From: Candidatus Thorarchaeota archaeon
Lineage (GTDB): Archaea > Asgardarchaeota > Thorarchaeia > Thorarchaeales > Thorarchaeaceae
Reading direction: 5' to 3'
Length of the DNA stretch: 64,000 nt
Assembly: GCA_046482545.1 (NCBI GenBank)
Contig: JAWOEX010000038.1
Location: 1 to 64,000 of the forward strand
In this document: one piece after another, positions 62,823 through 64,000 of the stretch
Layout: each line of letters opens with the position of its first letter
Position numbering within the stretch: the first letter of the stretch is position 1
Translations under genes and position numbers: made by a program
The notes under the pieces: model-generated
What the model was told of the DNA's origin: nothing
The model's input: the letters and a program-made list of their open reading frames with translations, nothing else
Database searches by the model: none

Positions 62823-63049
62823 TGTTCGGTCACCCTATTTATTCAAGACTGACTCTGATTGGCAAACATGCACAGAAGCAAGCCAATTCTACGAATCGGC
62901 TGCAATACGACCGTACAGGTCGCATCCCCATTGGTGACTCTTGGCGTGAATCCCGGTTCTAACAAGAAAAACTTTTCGTCTTATGATATTACAAACGGAC
63001 GCATCTGATAACCGAAAGTAACATTTAGAGAGATGCAAGTATCATCAAT

Positions 63050-63790
63050 ATGTCATTAGATGAGGCTGTTACCAAGGCAAGGAGATGGGTCGAGGAAGCT
63101 GAGAATATCTCGGCTCTAACTGGGGCGGGCATTAGCGTGGATTCAGGTATACCAGATTTTCGCTCGGAAGGGGGGTTATGGGATAAATACAACCCAAATG
63201 AGTATGCTACGTATGATAGCTTCATGAGAGACCCGAGTAAATTCTGGGAGATGGGACAGGAGCTGGCTGGCGTTATTCTGGACGCTAGCCCGAACGAGGC
63301 TCACAAAGCATTAGCTAAGTTGGAGAAAGAGAGCAAGCTTCTGGGGATTATCACTCAGAATATAGACAACCTTCATCAAGAAGCCGGTAATGAGAAAGTG
63401 GTAGAACTCCATGGTAACTATCTCAGGGCTTATTGCTTGGAATGTGGCAAGCGGTATGTAGGAGAAAAAATTCAGCGGAGAGTAGTGGAAGGTCAAATAC
63501 CGCCAGCTTGCGATGGATGCGGAGGAATACTGAAATCTGAAGCGATACTCTTTGGCGAACCGTTACCTGAAGGAGTCATGTCGGAGGCAATACGTATCTG
63601 TCGAAAAACGGATCTCATGCTCGTTATTGGAACCAGCCTGCAAGTATACCCAGCAGCATATTTGCCACATCTAGCGAAGAAATCTGATGCCAAAATAGTA
63701 CTCGTTAACCTGCATGGTGATAACCGTGAAGGGGTAGCAGATCTTGTGCTTGAAGGAAGGGCTGCAGATATAATGCCTAGAATTGTCTAA
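63050..63790 (+). CDS. cobB: NAD-dependent protein deacylase (sirtuin)
   Basis: GAGISVDSGIPDFRS, TQNIDNLH, HG, CxxC..CxxC, GTSLQVYP. Confidence 0.95.
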   Translation: MSLDEAVTKARRWVEEAENISALTGAGISVDSGIPDFRSEGGLWDKYNPNEYATYDSFMRDPSKFWEMGQELAGVILDASPNEAHKALAKLEKESKLLGIITQNIDNLHQEAGNEKVVELHGNYLRAYCLECGKRYVGEKIQRRVVEGQIPPACDGCGGILKSEAILFGEPLPEGVMSEAIRICRKTDLMLVIGTSLQVYPAAYLPHLAKKSDAKIVLVNLHGDNREGVADLVLEGRAADIMPRIV

Positions 63791-63999
63791 GCGACAATTC
63801 CAAAGCCAAACCACGAATATGCTGCGAAAATCCCCGGAGCTATGATCACCGAGAGCAAGATGGTTATTACTCCGGGCAAATAGAGGTCATTATCCATCAT
63901 CCAGAGACCAACATAGGAATATGCATAAGCTACACAGCAAGTGGTGAACCCCATAACAATAACAGGGATTATTGGTAGGGCTATGGCAAACCAACCACT
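63787..63999 (-). CDS. Partial (3' end) hypothetical membrane protein
   Basis: Open hydrophobic frame running in from the window edge: ...GWFAIALPIIPVIVMGF...YSWFGFGIVA*. Confidence 0.55.
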   Translation of the reverse strand, partial: SGWFAIALPIIPVIVMGFTTCCVAYAYSYVGLWMMDNDLYLPGVITILLSVIIAPGIFAAYSWFGFGIVA

Positions 64000-64000
64000 T

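Overview
This 64 kb window is archaeal, gene-dense and most consistent with an Asgard archaeon, probably Thorarchaeia-like. The evidence is two Rab-like small GTPases, a Roadblock/LC7 protein, a eukaryote-type topoisomerase IB, Topo VI, RadA, aRF1, PheS/T, CofE and BHB-intron tRNAs. Most of it is housekeeping and metabolic: arsM/arsC, pyrE, dut, ahcY, korDA, purA, GGR, hbd, pepQ, grpE-dnaK-dnaJ, cobB and four tRNAs, two with introns. Highlights: (1) ahcY is interrupted by a 31-nt insertion that folds into a textbook bulge-helix-bulge (BHB) motif; excision at the canonical EndA sites exactly restores GHPSEVMD, which points to an mRNA intron in a protein-coding gene. (2) A family of non-autonomous IS200/IS605- or IS607-like remnants: two copies keep a covarying, strongly structured RNA (reRNA/omegaRNA-like) with different 3' flanks and no TnpB, and a third is an ends-only mini-element. 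(3) Top6A is fused to seven tandem (HhH)2 domains. (4) radA and a pyrimidine-dimer glycosylase gene appear to start at ATC and ATT. (5) An operon links a membrane-anchored receiver, a large SF2 helicase and a PAS kinase. (6) The window starts at the decayed right end of an element integrated at tRNA-Gly. All family assignments come from motif recognition by eye; no searches were run.
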